From Octopus vulgaris (lineage: Eukaryota): 64,000 nucleotides of DNA. The notes beneath the pieces are model-generated. The model worked only from the letters and a program-made list of their open reading frames with translations, was not told the origin of the DNA and did no database searches. Positions 1-12,577 of the stretch are shown here, one piece after another. The DNA lies in assembly GCA_951406725.2 (NCBI GenBank), contig OX597817.1, positions 22,568,001-22,632,000 of the forward strand, written 5' to 3'. Position numbers and translations under genes: made by a program. How positions within the stretch are numbered: position 1 is the first letter of the stretch; every line of letters begins with the position of its first letter.

Positions 1-762
1 GAGAGAAAGAGACATTGAGTGAGTGGGAGTGAGAAAGATGGCGGGAAGGAATAGCATTTGTGCCTGGCCTGTACTTTACAACTCTCGAAAGATATAAGGT
101 AAAGTTAGCGTGGGCGTATTTTGAATAACAACGATTAAAATTATATGCATCTTAAATTAATTTCACCAAAACTAGGGTACATCACCAATAATGAAATAAT
201 TAAAATGACAATAATGATAAAGATGAAAGGATGAAAGCTTCCTTAAATTTAACGAAATGGGAAATAAAAGAAAGGAGTGAATTAAGTTACATCTTCTGTT
301 GTTGTATCTTTCATCTCCAGAACAATAATTTTCTCGGCTTAGGCATTATTCTTAACAATTAAACGTACATGTGACTATCCATCCTGAACGTTAACTATTT
401 CAATCTCATGATGTCGTTGTTTTATTCTTTTGGAAAATATGTACAAGCTATGAGCAACGACTTGGCGTCACCTTCAATTTAAGTGATACGAGAATAAACT
501 GAAAAAAATAATTAACATTTTTCAAAAATTGCAGCTGTTTTATTTGTTCTTAAGCAGAGATACTTATTTGAATAATTTACAATTTCTATTTCCATTTCGA
601 CCCTTGATCTCATCGTAGTCATATTTTGCATTTTCATTTTCTTAGCTAATGTTTAACATGACCTTCCCAACCTCACATTTATAGTTGAAAACAGAATGTT
701 GGTCATTGAAGAATTGCTAATAGGTTACACAAATATACGTATAAAAATACAATCATGTTAAC

Positions 763-811
763 ACACAGGCATACACACACAGGCATACACATACATACAT
801 ACATACATACA

Positions 812-847
<36 letters not shown>

Positions 848-860
848 TATATATACACAC
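763..860. repeat. (CA)/(TACA)n/(TA)n compound microsatellite
   Basis: Directly visible tandem TACA units flanked by CA and TA runs. Confidence 0.95.
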
Positions 861-1145
861 GCGTATTTATGAGTGTGCGGATGTGTGTATACGTTTATAA
901 ATCGCTATAATATACTCCAGAAGATACCTACAGATTTTAGTCTAAACTGTATATTACGACGAACGTAAACAATACATAGATATAAACAATATCTCCGTGA
1001 ACAGGAAGTAGCGGACATGCATGTTTGGAAACTTTGTTGAGATTTCGCCACAGACTGTTCACCCGCTTTTACGGATTACCATGGTTATTAGAGGCTTAAG
1101 TAAGCAGCTGGCTTGAACATTTAATAAATGATATGTTAATAATAT

Positions 1146-1356
1146 GGCGAGCTGGCGGCACCGTTAGCACGCCTGGCGAAATGCGTAGCCGTATTTCGTC
1201 TGCCGTTACGTTCTGAGTTCAAATTCCGCCGAGGTCAACTTTGCCTTTCATCCTTTCGAGGTCGATAAATTAAGTACCAGTTACGCACTGGGGTCGATAT
1301 AATCGACTTGATCAGTTCGTCTGTCCTTGTTTGTCCTTGGGTAGTAAAAAAATAGG
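1146..1356 (+). mobile_element. tRNA-derived SINE, family A (Meta-domain-like core)
   Basis: Head GGCGAGCTGGC...GAGTTCAAATTCC (A/B-box-like), core GCCTTTCATCCTTTCGAGGTCGATAAATTAAGTACCAG; near-identical copies at 8091 and 9604; flanked by TATGTTAA(T/C)AATATG repeats. Confidence 0.9.
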
Positions 1357-1371
1357 TATGTTAACAATATG

Positions 1372-1624
1372 TGGAGACACATGGCCTAGTGGTTAGAGCA
1401 GCGGACTCGTGGTCGAGGGATCACGAGTTCGAATCTCAGACAAGGCGATGTGTGTGTTTATGAGCGAAATACCTAAGCTCCACGCGGCTCCGGCAGTACG
1501 TAATGGCGAATTTCTGCTGAATCTTCCGCCACAACTTTCTATCACTCTTTCCTTCTGCATCTTGAAGCTCACCTGCGACGGACTGGCCTTTATGAGCCAA
1601 GCATGGCTCGAGAAGGAACAAACG
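1372..1624 (+). mobile_element. tRNA-derived SINE, family B head with family D-like tail
   Basis: tRNA-like head TGGCCTAGTGGTTAGAGCAGCGGACTCG...GTTCGAATC; TSD TGTTAACAATAT at 1359-1370 and 1625-1636. Confidence 0.88.
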
Positions 1625-3725
1625 TGTTAACAATATATCAGTTAATTTTTACAATGTATTGTAGAATATACCAGTAGATTCATTATTAGCAACGGAAGCT
1701 ATATTAGTAAAAATTATCGATCTGAATCTTGTACTTAAAGCATATATACTGTTAAAACCTCCTAAACTGCAGTATTCGTTTTAGCAAAGCATCTATTATA
1801 GACCTATATTGTTAAAACCACGGAGATATATCAGAATTAGGCGTACATTATGCTAGGGCAGTTGTAGCATCGCTAAATCACGATTTCTGCTTTTGTTTTC
1901 TAACTTCATTAGTTGCAAGTTTTCACAGACATAGCCAAGCCCCTATTGCACGAGTAATGTTAGCTAAACCTCTCCATATTACATCATTCGCGAGAAAACA
2001 ACAACAACAAAAACAAATGCAATTAACAACCTGTTATGAATGCTTCGTTGCTTGATTTTGATTTCATTAGATACTTTGAAACCTATTTTACTGTCTGCGA
2101 TTATATTACTAATAAACTACCAATTATAATAAAAATTAAGGACAACGAAAACTGGAGTGATATAATTAACTAAACAGGAATAAGCTAATTTTAATGTAAA
2201 ATCGTGGAAATTGCCTATATGGTACTTGGAAAATGTGGTTAGTGGAAAGCAGTAATGAAACTCATGTATTGGGGTCTGATTAGATATTTTTTTTAAAATG
2301 GCTTACTTGAGGTAAGTTGGGAATGGAAGAATAGGGAAATCAGATTTAAAAAAAATTGATGGAATTTAGTAAAAGATATGATAATGTTAGAAGAAAGGTC
2401 CAACGTGATGTATTTATGGGGTGTTGTAACTTACTGGTCAGAATTTTACCGTTTTCTATAAATTAAAGACATACCTTGTATTTGTAATACCCAAGCGTGT
2501 ATTTGAACTAACACAAGCAAATGAATAATAATCCATCATATACTAATTCTGCTTGTCATTGCATTACTTAACCCGTTGGTAACGCCTTCACGTGATTAGA
2601 GGAAAAGAGGGAGAAAGAAAAAGAGGGAGGGAGAAAAGAGGGAGAGAAAAGCATCCATGACATAATGTGGAGCGAATATAATTGTAACGCCTTCACGTGA
2701 TTAGTGGAAGGGAAAGAAAGGAGGAAAAGGAGAGATAAAATAGGGTAAGGCAAAAAGTGCGACAAAAAGGAGAGAGAAAAAGAAGGACAGAGAAGCGTCC
2801 ATGACGTGAGGTAGGGAGAACGTAATATTTATTACGTGGTTAAAAAAGTTAGTTGAAGGTAGAGGAGGAGAATTAAAAATATAATTTTAACAGAGCGGTG
2901 ATGTTCTGATGGTGAAGTTAAAGAAGGGCAAAGAGAGATGAGAAAGAGAGAAGAGAGAGAGAGAGAGAGGGGAAAGAGAGGAGAGAAAGAGAGGAGAGAG
3001 GGAAGAGGGTGAGAGAGACAGATGATGATGGGGTGGTGGGGATGGAGGTGTGGTGGTGGTGATGATTGGCTAGTGAAAAATGTATTTTATAAAATATTGA
3101 ATGAACGTTTTTTTACGTCAGCTATCACTTAACACACGCATATAAGAGTAATTCAGTGAAATATTCAAGTTTATTTACGTGGCAGATACATGCAATTTAA
3201 CTAAAGGTTGTATCATATGTACGAGATATTTTTTTCTTTTTTGTTTATGGGAAAAATGGAAAAATAAGAGTGAATATTTATTTTGAGTGCTGTGTATTAA
3301 GTTTATAAAATTGTGCATAAAGTATATAAAGTGTGTATATAAAATGCATTAAGTAATCATATTATTCCAGTTTCTTTCACTTTTCAATGAGTAGCAGATG
3401 AGTGGCTATCTTTCCATACACACACAACTCAGGCTACGCTTTCAGGTTTTTATGATAAAGTTTTCAGATATAACCCAGTAGGTTTACCATTAATTTCGTG
3501 AAATATTAACGGGGTATAATTCATTATTTTCATCTGGTAATTTTATAGCAAACCTCTGTTAAGCAAAGTTGGCATTAGAAGTTAATTCTAGCGTTTCAGT
3601 GTCTATAGGTAGCCTGAGAATGTTATTATACATTTAAAAATTACTCACAACTACTATTAAAAGTAATAAGTTATTATTATTATTGTTGTTGTTGTTGTTA
3701 TTAATATTATTATTCTCATTGCTAA

Positions 3726-3901
3726 GGCTGTGAGCTGGTAGAATTGTAAGCATGTCGGACGAAATGCTTAGCGGCTTTTCGTCTGTTTCCGTATTCTAAG
3801 CTCCAAATGCTTTTCATCTTTTCGGGGTCGATAAAAAAAGGACCAGTTGTAATCGACTTACACCCTCTCCGAAATTACTGGACTTATGTCAAAAATTGAA
3901 A
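3726..3901 (+). mobile_element. SINE family A, degraded
   Basis: GAGCTGGTAGAATTG...GAAATGCTTAGCGG...TTTTCGGGGTCGATAAA similar to the 8091 copy. Confidence 0.75.
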
Positions 3902-3919
3902 TCATTATTATCATTACTG

Positions 3920-5700
3920 ATTTGTCTCAGGTTCATTCTTATTCCTGTTAGTATTTATGTGGGTAGCATGTTGCTATCTTTAACCTTAGGTATTCAGAAG
4001 CTTTCAATGGTCTTTCAAGCACTCAAGGCCCCCTGATAATTTTTCTTGACTTTTCGTGGCAAACTTTTTGTTAAAGCTGTACAGTACTTTCTGTTTCAAT
4101 CTCCTTCAACCCTTTGTATATATCTTCACTTACAGTTCTCAATGTACCAGTTACTTCAGTTACTATCTTTAAAGTTTTCATACTCCAAACTCTTGCAATT
4201 TTAAATTTTAAGGGGATTATATATTTGTTTGCTTTTCACCATCTTTCTTTACAAACTAGCATGATAGACCAATTAGTAAGCAGCTTCGTTTTTCCTTGTC
4301 TGTTATTGTCATGTATCGTTTGCTATTTTCTAACTTCTTATCCGTTTGGATAGGAAAATTCCACGAAATTTCGCATTTCTCCGACTCCAGCACTCCTTCG
4401 ACCCGATGATCATACCATGTAACTCCAGCTTCAAATCCGATTTCTAACAAAGATTCCAGTGCAAAACTTTCACAACTAGGTTAAGTCCCCATTTTTCGTA
4501 TTCTATTTGTGTTATTTGGGATATATAAGCGCAGGAGTGGCTGTGTGGTAAGTAGCTTGTTTACCAGCCACATGGTTCCGGGTTCAGTCCCACTGCGTGG
4601 CATCTTGGGCAAGTGTCTTCTACTATAGCCTCGGGCCGACCAAAGCCTTGTGAGTGGATTTGGTAGAAGGAATCTGAAAGAAGCCTGTCGTATATATGTA
4701 TATATATATATGTGTGTGCGTGTATGTTTGTGTGTATGTGTTTGTCCCCCTAGCATTGCTTGACAACCGATGCTGGTGTGTTTATGTCCCCGTTACTTAG
4801 CGGTTCGGCAAATGAGACCGATAGAACAAGTACTGGGCTTACAAAAGAATAAATCCCGGGGTCGAGTTGCTCGATTAAAGGCGGTGCTCCAGCATGACCG
4901 CAGTCAAATGACTGAAACAAGTAAAAGAGTAAAGAGTATACTGGAACAATGTGTGCCACTGTCTCATTTCAAATTTCATAGACTCTACTTGTTTCCAACA
5001 CCTTCTCCCCCACCACATATTTTCTCAAGCTGTTTGCTTTTATCACTTGATCTTGAGCTACTGTAATTACAATCTCCGCTTCTATTAATTGTCCTTTTCT
5101 TTAACAACGCCCAGCATTTTGTTTGACACGCATCCTCAGTGGCTTTCCAAAACTGACGAATGCAAACATTTCTCTTAAATCTATTTAAGATGCTCTCTTC
5201 AATTTCATTCTTGTCCTTTTCTCCTATCACACACTTGATCAACTGTTCTTTATTCAATGTTTTTATTAATTTCTCTATACTGTTCTGTAAATATTCTAGT
5301 AGTTTTTTTCTTCTTTCTAGCTTTACACACTCTTCCACAGCAACTAAGCCTCTTTCACTCTGGTCTCATTTTTTTATTTATACAAGCAGTTGATATCGGC
5401 TTTGGGATGGTGAGCTCCCTATTATCAATAGTTTTCTAGTTTTTCTATTCATTCATTTGAATTCAACTGAGGATGTGTGTCAATTCCAGTCAACAATTCC
5501 AATTCTATATCTGAATCCCGGTAGTGCTCTTATTGCATTTATTGCGTCAATAGCATTTTTGAATTCTCAAGCTGTAATATTTTTATCATTCTCCTTGTAT
5601 GCTCTCTGCGTGTAATATGGTTTGCCCCTTCATGTTTCATTTCATCAGCCGCCAGTATCTCCCAATACTTATTCCACTATCCTTTCTCAACCGCTTGCAT
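3920..5700 (-). mobile_element. Degraded R4/Dong-type non-LTR retrotransposon (RT C-terminus, CCHC region, RLE), split by a SINE
   Basis: Minus-strand peptides GAHHPKADINCLY, ETVAHIV...VKVLHWNLC and WNFPIQTDKKLEN..ITDKEKRSCLLI match the R4/Dong ORF C-terminus; many stops and frameshifts; interrupted by the SINE at 4528-4937. Confidence 0.8.
4528..4937 (+). mobile_element. tRNA-derived SINE, family C (internal TA/TG microsatellite)
   Basis: Head GCGCAGGAGTGGCTGTGTGGTAAG...GGTTCAGTCCC, internal (TA)(TG) tract, tail GCGGTGCTCCAGCATG...CAGTCAAATGACTGAAACAAGTAAAAGAG; copies at 21113, 46283 and 47540. Confidence 0.9.
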
Positions 5701-5727
5701 TGCTTGGCCATTATTCTTATTATTAAA

Positions 5728-5939
5728 GGCGGCGAACACGCAAAAACGTTAGCACGCCGGGTAAAATGCTTAGCTGTATTTCCTCTGTCTTTACGTTCTG
5801 AATTCAAATTCCGCCGAGATTTACTTTGCCTTTCATCCTTTCGGGGTCGATGAATTAAGTGCCAGTTGTGTACTGGAGTCGATCTAATCGACTGACCCCC
5901 TGCCCCAAAATTCCGTGCCTTGTGCCTAGTATAGAAAAG

Positions 5940-5940
<1 letters not shown>
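5728..5940 (+). mobile_element. SINE family A variant
   Basis: Family A head and core; tail CCTTGTGCCTAGTATAGAAAAGA running into (TTA)n. Confidence 0.85.
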
Positions 5941-6005
<65 letters not shown>

Positions 6006-6008
<3 letters not shown>

Positions 6009-6330
6009 TAGTTTTATTTTTATAGCGTGCTTTCACTTCACTACCGAGCGCAGCTCTGTGTGCCTTGGGTATGTGCTGTGATTTGTTGTGATGCTCTGAT
6101 GGTTATTGTATGGAAAGTGTTCTGCGTAGGATATGTGCAGTGCCTAGTAATGCAATTTTCTGTATGTTATATATATTTGTAAGTCCTGGTGTTTTTATTA
6201 TGTATTTGTCTGAATATTTTTTTATCATGCCTAATGCACCTACTATGATAGGAATTGTTTCTGTTTTTAGATTCCACATTCTGGTTACCTCTATTTCCAG
6301 GTCTTTGTATTTTGAGAGTTTCTCCATTTC

Positions 6331-6333
<3 letters not shown>
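6006..6333 (-). mobile_element. 5'-truncated R4/Dong-type LINE 3' end embedded in (TAA)n
   Basis: ORF 6103-6327 (EKLSKYKDLEIEV...IIVGALG...QKIALLGTAHILRRTL) plus 3' UTR; almost identical to 11754-12080; (TTA)n on both sides (5941-6005 and 6334-6421). Confidence 0.9.
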
Positions 6334-6421
<88 letters not shown>

Positions 6422-6890
6422 TTAGTTTGGCTCAGGATCGGTCTTATTCCTGGTAGGATTTATGTGGGTAGCGGGTTACTGCTTGTTACCTTATGTATCC
6501 ACATGTTTTCAACTGTCTTTCAAGTGCTTTAGAACCCGCTGATAATCATTGCTGTCCCTAAGAAATAAACTTTCTGAAGGAGTTCTAGCGGGCATTCTAT
6601 TTCAGTCTCCTTTAGCCATTTGTCTGCGTCTTTGCTTACTGTTCCCAGCGCACCAGTTATCATAGGCACGACTTTTACTGTTCTTATGCTCCAAATTCTT
6701 CCTATATCAAATTTTATGGGATTGTAGATTTTTTAAACTTTTCTCCCTCTTTCTTCACGATCCTGGAATCTAAACGGACATGATGGGTCGATTAGTAAAT
6801 AACTTTGGTTTTCCTTATCTATAATTGTTTAATTGTTATGTCAGGTCTATTATTTTTTCAACTTCTTATCTGTTTGAACTATAAACACCA
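6422..6890 (-). mobile_element. Degraded RLE-LINE 3' end, related to 3920-4450
   Basis: The 3' UTR (CTCAGG..TCTTATTCCTG.TAG.ATTTATGTGGGTAGC) and RLE-coding remnant align by eye with 3920-4370. Confidence 0.7.
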
Positions 6891-6921
6891 CGATTAATGA
6901 AACAACAATAACCGTCTACAT

Positions 6922-7301
6922 GGAAGCACTCCGTCGGTTACGACGACGAGGGTTCCGGTTGATCCGATCAACGGAACAGCCTGCTCGTGAAATTAACGTG
7001 TAAGTGGCTGAGCACTCCACAGACACGTGTACCCTTAACGTAGTTCTCGGGGATATTCAGCGTGACACAGAGAGTGACAAGGCTGGCCCTTTGAAATACA
7101 GGTACAACAGAAACAGGAAGTAAGAGTGAGAGAAAGTTGTGGCGAAAGAGTACAGCAGGGATCACCACCCCCTGCCGGAGCGTCGTGGAGCTTTAGGTGT
7201 TTTCGCTCAATAAACACTCACAACGCCCGGTCTGGGAATCGAAACCGCGATCCTACGACCGCGAGTCCGCTGCCCTAACCACTGGGCCATTGCGCCTCCA
7301 C
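6922..7301 (-). mobile_element. tRNA-derived SINE, family B, full length
   Basis: Minus-strand head GGAGGCGCAATGGCCCAGTGGTTAGGGCAGCGGACTCGCGG...GTTTCGATTCC; 12-bp TSD AACCGTCTACAT at 6910-6921 and 7302-7313. Confidence 0.92.
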
Positions 7302-8090
7302 AACCGTCTACATACACAGACTGCGGCACACTTAAATACGATTAACGAAATAGATCAGTCACAAATGTTATTTTGAACAAAAAAACACTCAATAGGGGCC
7401 ATTTCATTAATGCATGAAAGTAATGCATCTTTTTTTTTTTTTGTCACAAGGCCTGCGCAATCCTGCCACAATCCACCCAAAGAAGACATGGAAACTTCCC
7501 TGGCAGATATTGCACACGAATGATTCTCATTTCTTTCATGCTCTGAATCTCTCACCCCTTCTTTCTTTCGGTCTCTTATTCTCTCTACTTTTATTATTTC
7601 CCCTGCATTGATCTGTCTTTCCTCTATTACACATACTGTAGACTCCACTCACATTTTCCGTATCTCCTCTTCTCTTGCAACTTTTCATCCTACCCTACAT
7701 TGCGCTGTTCGTTATATATTGACTCTTCATTATTTCATTCTCCTTCCATCTCATTCTACAAATATCCTTGCTTTCAAAATGGCAGATTTCGACTACTTAA
7801 GATGGAAGTGTATGCTGAATGCTCCTTTAGCCAGAGTTGCAGGCGGGCATCTTAGAAAGAAGCAATTTTTCTCTGCAGAAACAAATGTTATGCCTGTCAT
7901 ATTATCATCATCAGTACTCTACTATAGCTCCCGATCGCAGAGTTTTGGTAACATGCTATTCCCTAGGGAGTCTGTTCCTTCGAGTGCGCACACAAGGTGG
8001 GATATGAAGACAGAGGATTGATAAACAGTGACACAGTAGCACCGGATTCAAAATATGCAGCTGGGTAAGTCTACTTACCTTGTCACTCAC

Positions 8091-8325
8091 GGAGGCGGCG
8101 AGCTGGCAGAAACGTTAGCGCGCCGGGCGAAATGCTTAGCGGTATTTCGTCTGCCGTTACGTTCTGAGTTCAAATTCCGCCAAGGTCGACTTTGCCTTTC
8201 ATCCTTTCGGGGTCGATAAATTAAGTACCAGTTACGCACTGGGGTCGATGTAATCGACTTAATCCGTTTGTCTGTCCTTGTTTGTCCCCTCTATGTCAAG
8301 CCCCTTGTGGGTAATAAAGAAACAA
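8091..8325 (+). mobile_element. SINE family A, full length
   Basis: Complete head, core and tail; 14-bp TSD ACCTTGTCACTCAC at 8077-8090 and 8326-8339. Confidence 0.93.
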
Positions 8326-8405
8326 ACCTTGTCACTCACCAGAATTCCAAAGTTGACATGTAGAGATAGTTTCTTGAATCATCATTCGTTAGATGAGCCG
8401 AAATT

Positions 8406-8441
8406 ATGAGTATGTATGTATGTATGTATGTATGTATGTAC

Positions 8442-8472
<31 letters not shown>

Positions 8473-8630
8473 TGTATGTATGTATGTATGTATGTATGTA
8501 TGTATGTATGTATGTATGTTTGTATGTATGTATGTATGTATGTATGTATGTGTGTGCGTACGTATGTATGTACGTAAGTAGTACGTGCGCACGTATGTAT
8601 GTAGGTGGGTTGGTAGGTAGGTAGATATAT
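8406..8630. repeat. (TATG)n microsatellite
   Basis: Directly visible; source of the MYVC/HTYI pseudo-ORFs. Confidence 0.97.
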
Positions 8631-9102
8631 GTATATAAAATCGAAAAACAATTTATGTATCAATATCATCAAATATATCGCAACGGTGTACATCTCGAGG
8701 CGAGAGGCAAATTTTCCGTTTAAATAAGTCATATACTTACATGCTTACGCCCCCAACATATATAAGTATATGTGTGTGCATGTGTGTGTGTGTGTGTATT
8801 AAGTAATTTTCAACGATATCTCTAGACCATGACAAAAGTAATTGTAATCATGAAAGCGATTAATCCGTGATATTTATAATCCTATGCATGACGTTTGGCA
8901 AACTGGTAAAGATGGTTTTACTCACGAGATACTATTTCATTTGCTGTGCATCGAAGCAGTTCATCATGGTACATTGATTTCCTATTTGGCCAATCTCTTA
9001 CAAAATCTGTTCAGATCTATATACAGCAATCATTGTTTCCTACCAAGAGAAAGACTTCTATTCCTTTAAATATTGACCCCCATTAACAACACGTGACCTT
9101 CC

Positions 9103-9103
<1 letters not shown>

Positions 9104-9156
<53 letters not shown>

Positions 9157-9187
9157 TTAATAATATTAATAATAATAATAATAATAA
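9104..9187. repeat. (TAA)n microsatellite
   Basis: Directly visible. Confidence 0.97.
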
Positions 9188-9603
9188 ATATTTCATTTCC
9201 CATAATTATACGTTTCATTTATTTAACTATTTTACCATTTAAATTATCACAGGAAAAAAAAAAACGAGTAACAAATAATTTTCGATTTTGTTCCCCCAAA
9301 CTTAATACAGATTTTTTTTAGTATTGTTTTCCAACATGTACTTTAGTATTTCTCATAGAAAAATAAAATGGTGGAAATATGTACCTAGTGCCGTAAGCTC
9401 GGCAATTCTTTTCCGAAAACTACTTTCTTAAATAATCCGTCTTTCCGTCTCTCTATATAAAGCCAGGAATATGAATACTGCAAGTAATCATAAACAACAT
9501 AATTATATTCAAAATCTTTACGATCGATATTCTTATCATTATTAAAATATAATTGTTAAATGTATTATAATTAATTTTAGAAATAATAATAATGATCTAT
9601 ATA

Positions 9604-9838
9604 TTTTTATTTACTACTCACAAGGGGCTAAAAACAGAGAGGACAAACAAGGACAGACAAACGGATTAAGTCGATTATATCGACCCCAGTGCGTAATTGG
9701 TACTTAATTTATCGACCCCGAAAGGATGAAAGGCAAATCGACCTCGGCGGAATTTGAACTCAGAACGTAACGGCAGACGAAATACGGCTACGCATTTCGC
9801 CCGGCGTGCTAACGTTTCTCCCTGCTGACCGCTTTCAC
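9604..9838 (-). mobile_element. SINE family A, full length
   Basis: Reverse complement of the 8091 copy; 16-bp TSD AATAATGATCTATATA at 9588-9603 and 9839-9854. Confidence 0.92.
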
Positions 9839-9957
9839 AATAATGATCTATATAATAATCTGCTTGTTCGTTCGCCCGTTATACTTTAGTTACTTAGAGA
9901 GGTGGAGTAAATGTGAGAGAGAGGGAGAGTGTGAGTAGAGAAGAAAGAAGTGAGGAA

Positions 9958-10205
9958 GAAGTAGGTACATTGAGCGTATTAACAACCCGGCTTGAGAAAC
10001 TTGTTGAAGAAATTGGGATTAACATTAGGGTAGATTACGCTCAGAAAACTGCTTTAATGGGGGACAGCAAGGATTTTGAAGATTGGTACATGGATTCCAA
10101 GCTGCACTGAAGTAGATCCTGTGAGACCCTTGACAACAGATCGTGGTCTGCTCTCAAAGAATTAGGAGCAAATGGAATCAAGAGCTCTGAGAAGTGAAAT
10201 CGCAA
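9958..10205 (+). mobile_element. RLE-LINE extreme 3' end
   Basis: VGTLSVLTTRLEKLVEEIGINIRVDYAQKTALMG(T)ARIL is a typical R4/Dong C-terminus; followed by (ATG)(CTA)(TAA) repeats at 10205-10325. Confidence 0.75.
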
Positions 10206-10220
10206 TAATGATGATGATGA

Positions 10221-10288
<68 letters not shown>

Positions 10289-10292
10289 GTAC

Positions 10293-10325
<33 letters not shown>

Positions 10326-10326
<1 letters not shown>

Positions 10327-10992
10327 TCAAAGCTGAATGCCAGAAACATAATTTCGGCAATAAACTCACGCGCAGTCGCAGTAGTTCGGTATGGTACTGG
10401 AATCCTGAAGTGAACAGAGGAGGAGCTAAAGGAGATGGACAGAAAATGAAGAAAGCTCCTAAAGATGCATGGAGTCTATCATCCACGGGCAGAACTAAAC
10501 GACTATGGGTGTGGAAGACTGCGTGTGTATCGAACTCGCGAGGTTAACGAGATAACTAGCCCAAAGTAAGGAAACTTTCCTAGTGACAGTTAGGAACGAA
10601 AGAGTATTGAGAGCAGAGAAAAAAGGAAAAACAAAGGAAGAAATTCTATACTGGCAAAATACTGGCAGCGCAAGATCAAGCTTTGGGCACAAACTGGAGG
10701 GTCAACCTTAGGAAAGAGCAAGTGTCTCCGCTATGCAGCATCTGCAATAGAGTGGATGAAACCATTGCCCTATGACGAACGAATGCCCTAGAAGCGCCCA
10801 AAACCATTACGAGTTGTGGCGACACGACCAAATAGTGAAAGTGCTACATTGGAAACTGTGCGAAAAGTCGGGGCTAGAGAGAGCCAAGACGTGGTATGAG
10901 CAAAGACCGCAATTCAAATACATCAGGTGCTAGGGCATAAAAGACCGGACCTAGTGTTGGTGGACAAGCTGGACAAAATATGCTATATAGTT
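10326..10992 (+). mobile_element. Degraded, internally deleted R4/Dong-type LINE fragment
   Basis: SKLNARNIISAINSRAVAVVRYGTGILK*TEEELKEMDRK..MHGVYHPRA, then WRHDQIVKVLHWKLC and HKRPDLVLVDKLDKICYIV. Confidence 0.78.
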
Positions 10993-11455
10993 GAAGGTAA
11001 ATATCCTCTGGGATTTTGATTTCCAGACAGTGTTAGAACACCGAAGACCGAACCTAGTAACCTTAAGGAGGGACAAACAAGACTATCTAATAATCAATGC
11101 GGCAGCACCAGGAGATCAATATATCATCATGAAAGAAAGAGGAAAGATCGATTAATATAGAAACCTGAGAACTGAGATTGCTAAGATGTGGCAGCTGCGT
11201 GAATCCAATAAATGTTGTCCCTTTTGTCATCTGAGCAGTGGGTACAATACCACCGAACATGAAGAAGTTTTAGAAATACCCTACTATCTTGATGTACTGC
11301 AAAAGTCGGCTTTACTTGGAACTGAGCGCATACTGCATCAAATAATTTCTGTCTGAATTTCTGTGACTGGTCAGACAGTACAAACCGCCGTCACACACAG
11401 TATCTTCACTTTACATCACAATAATGCATACTGCGTGACGTCTTTCATAATGACA
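10993..11455 (+). mobile_element. RLE-LINE 3' end, same family as 27040-27640
   Basis: ILWDFDFQT..EHRRP.LV...QKSALLGT.RIL and 3' UTR align with 27180-27640. Confidence 0.78.
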
Positions 11456-11460
11456 ATAAT

Positions 11461-11611
11461 CCTTTTTACTACAGGCACTAGACCTGAAATATTGATGGGA
11501 GGGAGCCAATTGCATTTATCGACCTCTGTGCTCGACTAAAGCTCGTTTTACCCACCCCTACAGGATGAAAACAAAGTCGAAATCCAGCTGGGGACTTGTG
11601 CCTATAATAGA

Positions 11612-11612
<1 letters not shown>
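11461..11612 (-). mobile_element. SINE family A remnant
   Basis: CCTTTTTACTACAGGCACTAGACCTGAAAT...GGATGAAAACAAAGTCG resembles the reverse complement of the 5728 variant. Confidence 0.55.
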
Positions 11613-11693
<81 letters not shown>

Positions 11694-11717
11694 TTAATAA
11701 TAATAATAATAATAATA

Positions 11718-11753
<36 letters not shown>

Positions 11754-11756
<3 letters not shown>

Positions 11757-12442
11757 TAGTTTTATTTTTATAGCGTGCTTTCACTTCACTACCGAGCGCA
11801 GCTCTGTGTGCCTTGGGTATGTGCTGTGATTTGTTGTGATGCTCTGATGGTTATTGTATGGAAAGTGTTCTGCGTAGGATGTGTGCAGTGCCTAGTAGTG
11901 CAATTTTCTGTATGTTATATGTGTTTGTAAGTCCTGGTGTTTTTGTTATGTATTTGTCTGAATATTTTTTTATCATGCCTAATGCACCTACTATCATAGG
12001 AATTGTTTCTGTTTTCAGGTTCCACATTCTAGTTACCTCTATTTCCAGGTTTTTGTATTTTGAGAGTTTCTCCATTTCTTTTAGAGACACGTTGTCATCT
12101 GCCGGTATTGATACATCAATTAGAAAGCATTTTTTTTCTTCATGATCTCTGACAACTATATCTGGTCTGTTGGCCTTAATTTCTCTATCTGTGTGTATTG
12201 GCATATCCCAGAGTATGGTTGCTTTCTCGTTTTCTGTGACCTTTTCTGGTGTGTGCCTATACCATCTTTTTTCTGTTGTTATTCCATAATGTTGGCATAG
12301 CTTCCAATGTATGTAGGTTCCAACTCTGTCATGTCTGTGAATATATTCCTTCTTAGCCAGGACTGGGCAGCTAGAGATAATATGATTTATTGTTTCTTGT
12401 CTATCTCCACATATTCTGCAGTTACTTGTAATATTTCTTTTC
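11754..12442 (-). mobile_element. Young 5'-truncated R4/Dong-type LINE: intact CCHC knuckle and PD-(D/E)xK restriction-like endonuclease
   Basis: Uninterrupted ORF 11851-12444: CRIC..ETINHIISSC, RHD, LWD..IHTD, RPDIVV..D..CFLIDVS, EKLSKY, GALG, QKIALLGTAHIL; flanked by (TTA)n on both sides. Confidence 0.93.
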
Positions 12443-12446
12443 ATTA

Positions 12447-12512
<66 letters not shown>

Positions 12513-12538
12513 CATTATTATTAATATTATTATTATTA

Positions 12539-12577
<39 letters not shown>

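Noticed and set aside
1372-1445. tRNA gene-like sequence (also at 7230-7301, 25660-25730 and 52510-52585)
   Set aside because: These are SINE heads that continue into shared bodies, several with TSDs; no proper acceptor stem or terminator.
4900-4930. SINE C tail AGTC-AAAT-GACT-GAAAC-AA-GTA resembles the 3' half of the 32352 hammerhead
   Set aside because: The upstream core (YUGANRA) and stem I are absent in all copies; more likely an ordinary SINE 3' stem-loop.
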